A stretch of 63,804 nt of DNA, filler included, from Octopus bimaculoides (Eukaryota): the NCBI RefSeq assembly GCF_001194135.2. It is 6 parts of 6 records of this genome, joined end to end, with 100 filler letters (N's around TTAATTAATTAA, not from the genome) between each part and the next. Parts side by side here need not be neighbours in the genome. Positions count along the whole stretch, not along the records: positions 1 to 25,565 come from NC_068999.1; 5 more parts are not named here. The stretch is one strand, 5' to 3'. Under the pieces are notes generated by a model, which saw only the letters and a program-made list of their open reading frames with translations, did no database searches and was not told the DNA's origin. Numbering within the stretch: the stretch's first letter is position 1; every line of letters starts with the position of its first letter. Below, piece after piece: positions 1-13,200 of the stretch. The translations under genes and the position numbers were made by a program.

Positions 1-45
<45 letters not shown>

Positions 46-135
46 CTACGTGTATGTGTGTGTGTGTATGTGTACATATATACCTATATATAGATATACA
101 TCTAGATTCATATATACATATATATTTTTACATAT
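1..135. repeat. (TA)n/(TG)n compound microsatellite
   Basis: Direct reading of dinucleotide runs. Confidence 0.95.
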
Positions 136-878
136 GTATATTGATGTACGTAACAGTGTTAACTATAAACAAATATTATTAGAGAAGGAAAATTTAATCA
201 AATTACGGTTCACCCAGAAAAAATTATTTCCACCACCAACAAAAATGAATTAATTACAAGAACGTTTCATACATACAAAATACAATAATTATTCAAGAAA
301 CTCTTCATCAATAATAGCTTATTTGTTTAAGTTATTACTAATAAGTTATTATTATATAATAAAGGACTGAACCAGTGCGTGTGTTTATTACCGACATAAT
401 GCCTCTCCCAAGGTTTAATTGTATTTCTTTCAACACACGTATCCACATCAAGAATCTTGCACACGAAATACACATACGAAATTATTATATAAGTTATTAG
501 TTTAAGTTTTTGTATTTCGTTATGGACTCAGTTTACGTTCCTTGTTTAGAGGGTTCACTGGAGAGATAACCGTCATGGCGGTCGGTAATGTATGAGAGTA
601 TAAAAAAAACAGTACACCTCATAAAATATATAAGTGCGTTTACTTTTTTAAATGTGAAGTAGGGTTTATCGATGTTCTGACGAAACTTGATATACTGGAG
701 TTTGTTAGCTGGACTTAAGTTTACAATTTTTGGTTACGGAATGAATTGATTCGTTGCCTCTGGTTGGACGCTCAAAATTTTAAACCTGTTTTGGCGAAAT
801 ACATTTTTGGACCTGAAGGTAAACACCCCCCCCCACACACACACGGATGCTAGAAACGTGTATGTTACTGGCATCGAG

Positions 879-1113
879 AAGGCAGCGTGCTGGCAGAAAC
901 GTTAGCACGCCGGGCGAAATGCTTAGCGGTATTTCGTCTGCTGTTACGTTCTGAGTTCAAATTCCGCCGAGGTCGACTTTGCCTTTCATCCGTTTGGGGT
1001 CGATTAAATAAGTACCAGTTACACACTGGGGTCGATGTAATCGACTTAATCCCTTTGTGTGTCCTTGTTTGTCCCCTCTAAGCTTAGCCCCTTGTGGGCG
1101 ATAAGGAAATAAG
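879..1113 (+). mobile_element. tRNA-derived SINE, family A (long-tail variant), near full length
   Basis: Head ggcagcgtgctggcagaaacgttagcacg, B-box-like gttctgagttcaaattcc, body ggggtcgattaaataagtaccagttacacactggggtcgatgtaatcgact, tail ending aaggaaataaga. More than 15 related copies occur in the window. Confidence 0.9.
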
Positions 1114-1789
1114 AGATATTTATATTCAATTAGAGACCATGAGAAAGAGAGAGAGACTACATTTCAATAATTGCACACGATTGACGTAGGCAGGTTCCCT
1201 TTCCTCATACACAAATAGAGAAACATGCTCACGCACATAAACAGGAAAAGAGAAAAAAAGACGGTGATAAGAACGCGACAAACATGAGGACGCCTGACGT
1301 CATATAAGTTAGCCTTGAATCAACCACGCGAAACGGTTGGAGCCAAAACCGATGTGTCAAAACTTTCATACCATTTCTGACGACAGCCAGGTTGTCTAAG
1401 AGAAACAGTCGAAAGGATTCGCATGACAAAAGGGTTGTTGGCCTTCTGGAGATAGTATCAGCTGGTGAAATAATTTCATTTGCAGTCATGCTTCGACGCT
1501 CACGGCTCTATCTTTGAGCGTCTATTGCTTTTACTTGTCCTTAACATATTGTCTCCAGGATTTCTTAGTATCTACCAATCAACAACTCACTACTTGTTAA
1601 CAGTTTGCCTAGCTTACGCCCGACTGCTCTTACGTCAGTTTCACATTCCCTATACTAAAAATTATTTTCGTAATATGCAATGTAACCACTTGGAAAATTT
1701 ATAATTTTATCTTGATAGCATCAAAATTGCGAGATGCATGGGCCAATTTAAAAACATGAAATATTTCTACATATTTATAAGTATGCTTA

Positions 1790-1915
1790 CCAACAACATG
1801 GTTGCGGGCTCAGTCTCACTGCGTGGCAGCTTTGGCAAGTGTCTTCTATTACAGCATCGGGCTGACCAAAGACTTGTGTGTGGATTTGGAAGACAGAAAC
1901 CGAAAGAAGCCCGTC

Positions 1916-1957
<42 letters not shown>

Positions 1958-2225
1958 GCATGTATATATGAATGTATGTATGTATGTATGTATGTATGTG
2001 TGAGCGTGTATGTTTTTATGTGTCTGTGTTTGTCCCCACTCTAACATCTCTTGAAAACCGATGCTGGTGCGTTTGCGTCCCCGTAACTTAGTGGTTCGGC
2101 AAAAGATCGATAGAATAAGTACTAGGCTTTCAAATAATAAGTCCTGGGATCGATTTGCTCAACTAAAGGCGGTCCTCCAGTATGGCTGCAGTCAAAATGA
2201 CAAAGTAAAAGAAAAAAGAAAAACA
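1790..2225 (+). mobile_element. tRNA-derived SINE, family B, with internal (TA)n/(TATG)n tract
   Basis: Head ggttgcgggctcagtctcactgcgtggc, gaagcccgtcg followed by the microsatellite, 3' half cgtaacttagtggttcggcaaaag...cctgggatcgatttgctcaactaaaggcggt. Repeated many times in the window. Confidence 0.9.
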
Positions 2226-2573
2226 TTGGTCATAGCTTTGCTAACTTTGCCAATATACAGGTAATCGTTTACAACTTGTAACTTTGGCAATTGAAACGCT
2301 CCAAACTCGAATTACTTATAGATCTCCAAATGAACTGCAAGTGGAGCGTAATCACCATGAAAGTCTGACTTAATAACGATGTTAATTACTAAACTTCTCA
2401 GGATCAATCGGGCTACCATTATTTTGCCCTCCACTATTAATGTTTTACTTAATTTCTGGACCGTCTCCGTTCCTGACGTTACTTTTAGAAACTGCGTATG
2501 ATTGACCCAGCTTCGAATGAAATGCGAATTTTCACGAGCGTTCTTAGGTTATTGCAATTTTTATAAATTGTAA

Positions 2574-3025
2574 GGCGACAAACTGGCGGAAATGTCAGCG
2601 TGTGAGGTATAATGCTTAACGCCATTTTGTCCATCTTTACCGTCTGAGTTCAAATTTCGGCGAGTTCGACCTTGCCTTTCATTCTTTCGGAATCGATAAA
2701 ATGAGTACCAGTTGAGCACTAGGGTCGATGTTATTGAATTACCCCTCCTTGCTGGCCTTGTGCCAAAATTTGAAACGAATATTCATAACTTGTAAGACAG
2801 CGTTATGGCGCCGGACAAAACTTGTTAGGAAGCTTTACGGAGCTGGAGAAAATGCTTTGCTTATTTCCTTCATCTTTACGTTCTGAGTTCAACTTCCGCT
2901 GAGGTCGATTTTGCCTTTCATCCATTGGGGGGTCAATAAAATAAGTTCCAACTAAGCACTGGGGTTAATGAAATCCATTAATCCCATCCCCGAAATTGCT
3001 GGCCAAAATTCGAAACCTATATTTA
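2574..3025 (+). mobile_element. Two adjacent diverged family A SINEs (short-tail variant)
   Basis: Two copies of the ctgagttcaa...ttgcctttcat...ataagt...gcactggggt...ctggcc...aaaatt(t/c)gaaac pattern. Confidence 0.8.
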
Positions 3026-3799
3026 TAACTTGTACAAATGATAGTTAACAGAAGTACATAACACATATTCGAAGGATTTGTCTATTCGATTAAACAAGCA
3101 TGATTATTCGATAGACTTTTAGATTATTGAATAAACGTCTACCGCAACTATTTACATATCGGCATCGGCAAGAATAAAGACAATTTTGACCCCATGTGAT
3201 AAGAAATCATCACTTAAAAATAGATGACGAAATAACGAAATGGCGTTTTATCTGACTTCAAAAATCTACCACGCAATAGAGAATAAATTAATAAAGGTAA
3301 ATTATAGATCTGAAGTTTAAATACAAGACAGTCAATAACATACTTTAGGCAAGACTTAATACGCTGTCCTATTTAACATCATCACCTTGTCTCAGAGGGG
3401 TCTTCAGGAAATTCCCACTAATGCAAGCATTGCGACAACAAAACGTCCGTTTCCATCTGCGTTCATGCTTTGTCTCCAGAATACATTAACCTGAAAATGT
3501 TTAGACTGGGCATCAGCTGCACTGGTTCTATGAGATGCGGACGTTCTGCAAAGGACACAGACTCTGTCTGACCTTCTTTTCAATAAGTTATGAACAAATA
3601 TTTAAAAATAAACTTCTATGCGATACTATTATATTAGTACAGGCGAAGGCACGCAAGCGTATACGCAAACACGCAGACACACACACACTCACACACACAT
3701 ACACATACACACACAAGCACACACACATTAATAGTTTTCTGTCTATTTATTTATTTATCAATCTATCTATCTTTATATATACACGCTCGTACACACATA

Positions 3800-3856
<57 letters not shown>

Positions 3857-3884
3857 TTATGTGTTTCAGCCAGGTGGCTGCGGT

Positions 3885-4035
3885 CATGCTGGTGCACCAC
3901 TATATATATAGTGAAAAGACCCATTTCTGTCATGTAAGACCATGGGATTGCACCTCGAAATTTACCCTCAAGAGTGCAAGTCCAGGTAAGGTTGCTTCTG
4001 GAAGAAAAGCAGTCACCCATGCATATCAGGCTCCC
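3885..4035. repeat. Possible unclassified interspersed repeat fragment
   Basis: gaccatgggattgcacctcgaaatttaccctc...gcagtcacccatgcat resembles an octopus repeat as I recall it. There is no second copy in the window to confirm. Confidence 0.3.
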
Positions 4036-4507
4036 TTCTTCACGCAACTAATGTTATAGAAGGGAGAGAGAAATACCAACAGAGCTTGGCAACTGTGAGT
4101 GAACTGGAGCAACGTGAAAAATAGTGTTTTGCTCAAGAAGATATAGAGTGGAAAGAGGGATGTGATGCGGAGGAAAATCGGGTGAAGGCGAAGGTGATAT
4201 AAAGGGGAAAATTCAGGCAAAAGCAGACTTGAAGGGCCAGAAAGGGATTACTGTACAAAAAATAGGCGTAGGCTTAGAAGGAGAATCTTTTATGTAAACC
4301 TGTCGTTAACACGGTGCCAAGTTCCTATATGACACAACTTCCATCCCCTTGCTTTTACCATCAGCTTCCATGCTATTTCGATACGCCGCACATTGAGAAG
4401 TGAATAACATTATGGCGTGTGTGAAAGTGATTGGCGCGAAGTTCACCTGGGTTACGTAGCATTTTACTTCAAATGTGCTCCCGAAAACGATCGCCGAATC
4501 CTCAAAC

Positions 4508-4559
<52 letters not shown>

Positions 4560-5195
4560 TCACACACATATACACACCACACACACACACATACAAACAC
4601 TAACACATACACAATCATATCAACGTGCACATAGACACACGTGCGGCTGCTGCACCTTTCCACCGATGCCATTTCGCTACAGTTCTTTGTTGTCTTCAGG
4701 AGACATCATAAAAGGAGTCACCTTGCAACTTGCTGTGAGATCGAACACAGGGCCATGTGTTCCAGAAACTATTACCTTACGTCTGTTTGCATGTATATGA
4801 GTAAGAATTATGGCATTTCAATTTGTTCGTGTGTATGTTTGTACACATAAATATACACATATACATAAACACACATACACACACACATACAACTTAACAC
4901 TCACGCAAACACATACACAAACACACACAATCAGAATTGTCTGCGAATAAAGATAAATCTAATGAAATATTGACAATTTTATTAGAAATATGAGTAGATT
5001 TCAATATCAAGTAAGCGTGTATACGTATATGAATATATATGCATCAGCATATATGTATATATTTATATGCATATATGCATATATATATATACATGTATAC
5101 ATATATATGCATATATATATATATATAGGTATATATACATGCATATGTATATATACATATATAAACATGCATGTATTTATATGTAGATATGCGTA

Positions 5196-5268
<73 letters not shown>

Positions 5269-5482
5269 TTATGCACTTGTGTGCGCTGTGCATGTGTGTT
5301 TGTGTGTGTGTGTATGTCTTCATATAAACTCCATAGAAATCCTTAAAATAAACTAGCATCAAATTGCAATTATTTCAAAATGAAATTATGATAAAACCTT
5401 TCATTTCTTCCCTATTTCAACTAGTTTTTATATCTTCCTCATACACCATTTTTCCTATTCTTATTTATCTTTATCTCTTCAA

Positions 5483-5570
<88 letters not shown>

Positions 5571-6147
5571 NNNNNNNNNNNNNNNNNNNNNNNNNNNNNN
5601 NNNNNNNNNNNNNNNNNNNNNNNNNNNNNNNNNNNNNNNNNNNNNNNNNNNNNNNNNNNNNNNNNNNNNNNNNNNNNNNNNNNNNNNNNNNNNNNNNNNN
5701 NNNNNNNNNNNNNNNNNNNNNNNNNNNNNNNNNNNNNNNNNNNNNNNNNNNNNNNNNNNNNNNNNNNNNNNNNNNNNNNNNNNNNNNNNNNNNNNNNNNN
5801 NNNNNNNNNNNNNNNNNNNNNNNNNNNNNNNNNNNNNNNNNNNNNNNNNNNNNNNNNNNNNNNNNNNNNNNNNNNNNNNNNNNNNNNNNNNNNNNNNNNN
5901 NNNNNNNNNNNNNNNNNNNNNNNNNNNNNNNNNNNNNNNNNNNNNNNNNNNNNNNNNNNNNNNNNNNNNNNNNNNNNNNNNNNNNNNNNNNNNNNNNNNN
6001 NNNNNNNNNNNNNNNNNNNNNNNNNNNNNNNNNNNNNNNNNNNNNNNNNNNNNNNNNNNNNNNNNNNNNNNNNNNNNNNNNNNNNNNNNNNNNNNNNNNN
6101 NNNNNNNNNNNNNNNNNNNNNNNNNNNNNNNNNNNNNNNNNNNNNNN

Positions 6148-6201
<54 letters not shown>

Positions 6202-6340
6202 TGTGTGTGTTATATATGTATATGTATGTGCATGTGTGCCTCTTTATGTATAATATATTTATGTGCATATACATATGCATATATACATGTGGCTGGGTTT
6301 ATGTATACGCATATTCAGACTTACAAACCTCCACATATAT

Positions 6341-6672
6341 GTGGTTCCGGGTTCAGTCCCACAGCGTAGCACCTTGGGCGGATGTCTTGTATCACAGTAT
6401 CGCGCCGACGAAATCTTGGGAGTAGATTTGCAAGAGGACGTGGAACAAGCTCGTTGTATGTATGTGTATATATCTATGTGGGTACGTATCTATGTGTGTG
6501 TATGTCTTTGTGTACTTACTTCTCCCCCACCACGGATTAACAACCGGTACTGTTGTGTTTGCGTCCCCGTAAAAAGATACGTATTCCTGTCGATATGCTC
6601 AACTAAGACTTTCAAGGCAGTGCCCCAGCATGGCCGTAGTCCAACTGAAACAAGTGAAAGAAACGATAGAAA
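6341..6672 (+). mobile_element. Family B SINE, diverged
   Basis: gtggttccgggttcagtcccacagcgtagcaccttggg...gtgccccagcatggccgtagtcc...actgaaacaagt. Confidence 0.8.
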
Positions 6673-7374
6673 ACACATGCATACATTCATACATACGTGC
6701 AGACACATATAGACGTATACATACGTAGACACATTCATACACACACATAGATACATGCATAAATACATACATACATATATACATACATACACACATACAT
6801 ATATACATACATACATACATACATATACATGATATTTTATTCTAAAGCAGACTATAGGTTGTGCCTCAAGTGTCTTTCAGCTGCTCAGTGTTCATGTCGA
6901 TGTTATTTTTGTTGTTAATCATTTACTCCTACGTAAAATCTTCCACTTTGCAGACCTTTGTTAAAATCTTTCCTGTTAAAACCATATAACATACAACTAT
7001 TTTTCCTGGCATTGTGTATCTGCTCCTATAATATCTCCATGACTCGTACCAGTTTACGCGTAAAGACTCCCTCATTGAGACTCTACAATCCGACAACTCC
7101 GAACACTACACCTGTTACTCTAATGTCTAATAATGGAGCTTCCACGTGATTTCCAAAACGAATTATCAGTGAAAAGTCACGCATAGGTCATTTCACCGTC
7201 CCCGGAAAATAAATAGACAGATACTAGAGTGTCCTGGTTTTCTTGGTATAGAAAGAAGGCAGAATTTTCACAGTGTGGGTGGTTTTGATTGTAGACGTAC
7301 TTGATCGTATCTGATCACGGTGAAACATCACCAACGCGAACATTACTTGGCGAATGAAAGATTTTATCATGAAT

Positions 7375-7560
7375 ATACGAGGCTAAAAAGTTCATTAGCT
7401 GACCAAGATATTCTTATGGAGTGCGACCGAATCTTGTTTATTTTTCAGCAGTGACCTCTTACGGTACTCACACTTCTTCCATCGAGTACATTGCTGAAAA
7501 AGCTTTCATCTCGTCAAAAACAGAATTGAAAATAAACTGGGATTCGTTTAGATTTTTTGT
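7375..7560. mobile_element. Possible mariner-derived non-autonomous remnant
   Basis: tacgagg...aaaagttcattagctgac and acacttcttccatcg resemble mariner terminal sequences. Heavily decayed, and the partner TIR was not found. Confidence 0.3.
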
Positions 7561-8841
7561 TATCGTTATTAAACTTTTAAAAACCTCACCCGTTTCACGG
7601 TTTTCTCTGATTTTCAAAAGTTGAGATATTAAAACGTGGAGCTATGTTGCAACTGTCTTGCTTCTGACAGGAGTTCAAGAGAAGTTTTGATCTCGAAACT
7701 AAAATACCCTCTTGTTTTTACAGAGAACATGGCTCAAATTAGTATCTGTTTGGGATAAAATTTGACTAACTGAGAATTACTGCGTGATTGAGTTTAGAAG
7801 TTTTATAAGTTCCTAGCTACGTCTGTTCTTTAATATCACGTGGCAATATATATCGCGCCGCACGTTAACTCTGTCACAGTTGAAGGAACGTGTCTGAACA
7901 CGTTCTAAACACGTGGTATAATCTGTGCTTGTAGTGGCATTCTCTTTGTTCCAAAGTTCCTGCTGGGGTTTCTGCTCAAGACCTCTTTCTCTTATAATCT
8001 CAGGTGTGGTTCCTCTCACAAAGCATCATGAGTATTGCCTTCCCTTCCGATGAATAGCTATACAATAAAATAATTTGGTTTCTGGTCTATCTTTTGTAGA
8101 CACCAGATTGACCAAAGAGCTCATTATTTTTAAACTTAGAATCTAACAGTATATGACGCTCTACCCTAATCAAATTGAAGCCCTAATCTGGTCCCTGTGT
8201 CCCTTTAACAGAAACCATTTCGCTTTAAACTATGAGACCAATTATGAGAAGATATAACGCAGTACTTGAACGTGTTGTTTTGCACAGAATTATGCTCCTC
8301 GTAAATCTGTGGTATTTTGGATGTACTAGAAGCTATAGCTTCATATCGTAGAGTCATTTATAGTCAATATATATAATTAGATGAATTATTTAAAACTATT
8401 TTTGTTTTATTTAATTTATGCTTTTCTAAAATTTATTTCCAATTATCGCAATTAAAATTATATAATTATTGTATTTCGTTAATTTGAAATAGTTGTTTTC
8501 CAACTCGTTTTAATTATTGTATTTAAAACTCTGTCTTTTAATTATATAATCTGCACATCAAAATAGCAAAGATCATTCGAGTATGTATGTCAAATATTGA
8601 TGTCTGTAATCTATTCTCTTTGAAATGTAACTTCAATAAACTTTACCTTTCGCTTGACATTACTTCGGTTAAATTCAAGAAATACCATGCATGTGTGTAT
8701 AAACATTAATATACATACATACATACATACATAGTGCAATCTTATCTTACGTTCAAGCAAATTTACAAACCGTAGTGAATATTAAAATGTCTCCGCCATT
8801 AGAAGCAGAGCTATTGCTAAGGAACGGGTATTACACATACG

Positions 8842-8844
<3 letters not shown>

Positions 8845-8910
<66 letters not shown>

Positions 8911-8975
8911 GTCTATCTATCTGTCTGTCTGTCTGTTTGTCTGTCTGCCTGTCTGTCTATCTATCTGTCTATATT
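8845..8975. repeat. (TATC)n/(TGTC)n tetranucleotide microsatellite
   Basis: Direct reading. Confidence 0.95.
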
Positions 8976-8979
8976 CTTT

Positions 8980-9140
8980 ATATTTTATTCTTTTATTCTA
9001 TCACTTGTCGATCAAAACGATCCCAGGACTTATTCTTTGTAAGCCTGGTACCCATTTTAACGGCCTCTTTGCCACACCTAAGTTTCAGGGACGTAAATAC
9101 AAAAACGTCGGTTGTCAAGCAATGGTTGGGGAAACAAACA
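8980..9140 (-). mobile_element. Family B SINE, 3' half
   Basis: Reverse complement matches gcttgacaaccgac...cgtccctgaaactt...gcttacaaagaataagtcctgggatcg and the (AATAAAAG) tail. Confidence 0.75.
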
Positions 9141-9499
9141 CAGACACATAAATGCACACACGCACACGCACACAAACACACACACACACACACACATTCA
9201 TATATACACACACATTCATGTATATATACATACACACATACACATATATATATATATACATGCGTACATATGTATATATATATATATATATNNNNNNNNN
9301 NNNNNNNNNNNNNNNNNNNNNNNNNNNNNNNNNNNNNNNNNNNNNNNNNNNNNACACAGACACACGCACGAACGCACACAAACGCACACCCACGCACACA
9401 TACACACACATCTACACACACGTACACTCATATATTCGCATGATGACTCTCTCAGGAAAAAGAAAATTGCGAGATACATTTGTCAGATTTAGGTAATTA

Positions 9500-10330
9500 T
9501 TGTTTCCATGACATATTCTGTAAGTATCACTCGATGAACCTGCCTTTGGCTTAGATGATTGCCTCCACCCATCCCTAGAACCCGCCAAATGCCTTCGTGA
9601 CTACTTTCCATTTTAGGCCCCTGAAGGTCTTGTAATTCTGGCCCTCAGCTTGTTCTTCGTGTTGCAGCTGGATTTGTTTGTCTTTCGTTTCATCGTGCTC
9701 CACACAAAGAAGTCCAGACCAGCTGGGAGCCACCTGAGAGGCCAGCTGGGAGGCCAGCTGGGAGGCCAGCAGTCAGGCTAGTTAGGAAGCCATATTTCAG
9801 GTGTTGTATGGCCGATGCAATTCTCAGACAGCTACACCTGGTTCTTCGGGTTGGTGTGACAAGTTACACACCAACTGTGTTAGTGTACACACCAGCTGTG
9901 TTAGAGTCTTGTTACCACATGTTTGGTCTCCTTACATTTACCCGATCGAATCACAACTTCACGACCTCGCTCAGAAGACGAATGTAACCGTGAGAGTTCC
10001 ACCTCATGATCTTAGGGAAGAAGTGGACATGTATGACGTCACCTTCACTACTGGCGTCACCGAAGATCCTGATTATCGCTGAAAATTTCCTCTGCGTGAT
10101 TCTAGGCATGTCCTTAGATGAGACAGCGAGCCAACTGTTCAGGGAGTTGACCTTCTAATTTTCACAGAAATTCTTCACGTCGTCGAAGAACCACTGTATG
10201 TCTGGCTCCAGTGCGTATTTCAACATGTTGAACCACATCTTGGTGTGCTTCAACTGTATTTGAAAATGGTTAACTCTGTGTCAGACCTTATAGATCAGGA
10301 TGCATGGCCAAATTCTCTGGAGCCGTGAAC
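9500..10330 (-). mobile_element. Decayed Tc1/mariner transposase, maT (DD37D)-like catalytic domain
   Basis: Minus-strand translation gives WFFDDVKNFCEN*KVNSLNSWLA...GDVIHVHFFPK...GYIRLLSEVVK...W*QDS...PEIWLPN*PDC...LDFFVWSTMKRKTNKSSCNTK...EAII*AKGRFIE* (stop 9527-9529). These match the FxDE, QDxAP and WPPNSPDxNPLD motifs. Stops and frameshifts are present. Confidence 0.85.
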
Positions 10331-10479
10331 ACTTTTGATTTTATTCAAATATAGTTTAGCTTACTCTGTTATTTCTAGGGTGTTATCTGAAAGAAATTTA
10401 GCTATTTCTCGTAGATTAAGCTGTGTGTGGATCTCACTTTAACTAGATCAACGTGATTTGATGACCGTGTGAGAGATAT

Positions 10480-10660
10480 AGAGGCAAAATGCTTAGCGTT
10501 GTTTTTTCCGACTTTGCGTTTTCAATTCAAATATCACCAGAGTTGACTTTGCCTCTCATAAATTCGCGGTCGATAAAATAACTACCAGTTGTGCACTGGG
10601 TCCAATGTAATCGACATATCCCGCCTCGAACTTACAGGCCTTGTTTCAAAATTTCAAACT
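10480..10660 (+). mobile_element. Family A SINE, diverged
   Basis: aaaatgcttagcg...ttgactttgcctctcat...gataaaataactaccagttgtgcactgggtccaatgtaatcgac. Confidence 0.7.
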
Positions 10661-11219
10661 AGTATATGTATCTAATTTTCAGTTAAATTGTTCGATATAT
10701 CCCCACATATATTACGCAAATATCTGCATAGATCCAGTTTCATGGTACCGAGGATGACGTTTGGTATGCATACAAGTTTTAATCAGTAGTTACTCATAAT
10801 GGTTATTTAAAGCGAAAACTGAAAGATTTTAAAATAAAACAAATATTGTTGCTATGTTTTTTCTTTCCTTCTCTCCTTCTCTCTAACTTTGTTATTTATT
10901 TATTTTACCTGTTTATTTTAGCGGGGTTGGGAGGTTGTAGTAGAGGATTTCACATAAGATTTCTCATAACATCCATCGGTTCTCACGTAGGAAAACTGGA
11001 CACCAGCTAGTGTTATGTTCCCACAGAGCTGCAGCATCAAAGGAAGGTAGAAGAGTTCTTTTTCTTTTCTTTTCTTTTCTTTTTTTTTACTTGTTGATTT
11101 GTTTTTAACTTGTTTCTGGTTCGGTTGTAAACAATAATAACAATTACAACGAAACGTAATGGTATACAGAGAAAAGAAGTGTTTCTTTTGTAGGTTTCTG
11201 ACAGTCTGTGTATTTTATA

Positions 11220-11417
11220 CACCACACACACTTGCATGCGCGCGCACACACACACACGCACACACACACAAACACACACATGCACAAACAAACACATACA
11301 TACAAATACACGCAGGTCTTTCATACATACAACGATATACATTAACACAGGGATGTACACACACACGTATTCTTACATATATATGTACATATACTTAAAT
11401 ATGTGCGTGTGCGTGTC

Positions 11418-11466
<49 letters not shown>

Positions 11467-11880
11467 TATATACATATGGTTAAATATAGCCGTGTATATT
11501 TGAGGGTGTGCGTCTGTGTGCATGTATGTATGTATGTATGTATGTATGCATGTACGTAAGTATGTATTTATGTACGTACGTACGTACGTATGTATGTATT
11601 TATGTACGTACGTATTTATGTATGTATGTATGTATGTATATATGTATGTACGTAAGTATGTATTTATATAGGTACGTATTTGTGTATGTATTTATGTACG
11701 TACATACGTGCGTATGTATGTATGTTTGTATGTATGTATGTATGTTTGTATGTATGTATGTATGCATGTATGTATGTTTATATGTATGTATGTATGCATG
11801 TATGTATGTATGTATGCATGTATGTATGTATGTTTGGTTGTATGCATGTATGTATGTGTGTATGTATGTATGTATGCCTG
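11220..11880. repeat. Compound (CA)n/(TA)n/(TATG)n microsatellite block
   Basis: Direct reading. It explains the MCVY-type ORFs. Confidence 0.95.
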
Positions 11881-12021
11881 CTTCGTTTTAGGAAAGTGTT
11901 TAGTACTCTTTTTAAAAATTTGCTTAGTTTTTTTTCTCATACTTTCCTAGTATTTGATAAGGAGAAAAAAATATACGTGTGAACATAAAGGTGTTTCTTT
12001 TGTAACATTTAACACTGACAT

Positions 12022-12022
<1 letters not shown>

Positions 12023-12097
<75 letters not shown>

Positions 12098-12098
12098 A
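12023..12098. repeat. (GAT)n microsatellite
   Basis: Direct reading. Confidence 0.95.
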
Positions 12099-12515
12099 TC
12101 ACAGACACGCCTTAGTTTTTTTTTTTTTTTAATAATCATAGCGTTGTTGTGATTCGGTCGTATGCAGTGTTTGGTAATAGATTCATAGCTTTCTGTTAAT
12201 ATGGAAACCGCAAAAGAAAAATACGAAAACAGATAGAATAAATTCATTCATTTCACGAGACTCTGTTTCCTCTCGTTCTATCTGTTAGCTTATGTGGATT
12301 AGTAGAATCAGTACACTGATGGATTAAGTATTTTTTTTGTTGTTTTTTTGTTGGTGTCTTGTCAAGTCGGTTTACCGTCTGAGTTCAAATCCCGTCTAGG
12401 TCGATTTTGATTACCACCTATTTTTTATGTATTTGCTGAGAGAGGTTTCAAAGTGTAGCGTTTACAGATAAAAAGTATGTGTTTGACAAAGTACGATGCA
12501 AATACTTATTCCACA

Positions 12516-12554
<39 letters not shown>

Positions 12555-13081
12555 CCACACACAAACACAGACACATACACAGACACAAACATACACAAAC
12601 ACGCACACAGACACAGACACACAGACACACACACGAAAAAGTGTCGATATTTTGATGACATTTGATACATAATTGATGGGGGGGGGGTGATTACTGGTTG
12701 TGTGTCGTCATCGGTTCTTCTGTATATTTGGTTATCATCGACAACAGCGAGATTTGAGCACAGAACCTAAGCACTTGAATTTGAATCCGGTACATCATTT
12801 ATGAAGAAATTCACTGAATGCGAGGCGGTAAGGCCAGTCGATCGTGAAAAGCCAGTATTTCACTGACAATTTTTGCCCAGCATTCTAATGATTCTGTCAG
12901 TGATCATCTTTTCAATAAGGTCATGTAATTTTCATATATAAATACAACCACACTATTGCAGGGAGCCAAATAATAGATTGGCCACAACTTCACCGATTCC
13001 GGAGTGAAGAATGGTCAAATATACTTCAGCAGGATTTGAAATTATGAGCGTAAAGAACGAGATTTCACAGATTAATATCAG

Positions 13082-13094
13082 TTGTAGCAGCAGC

Positions 13095-13161
<67 letters not shown>

Positions 13162-13200
13162 ATAGTAGTAGTAGTATCAGCAGCAGCAGCAGCAGCAACA
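13082..13200. repeat. (AGT)n/(AGC)n microsatellite
   Basis: Direct reading. Confidence 0.95.
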
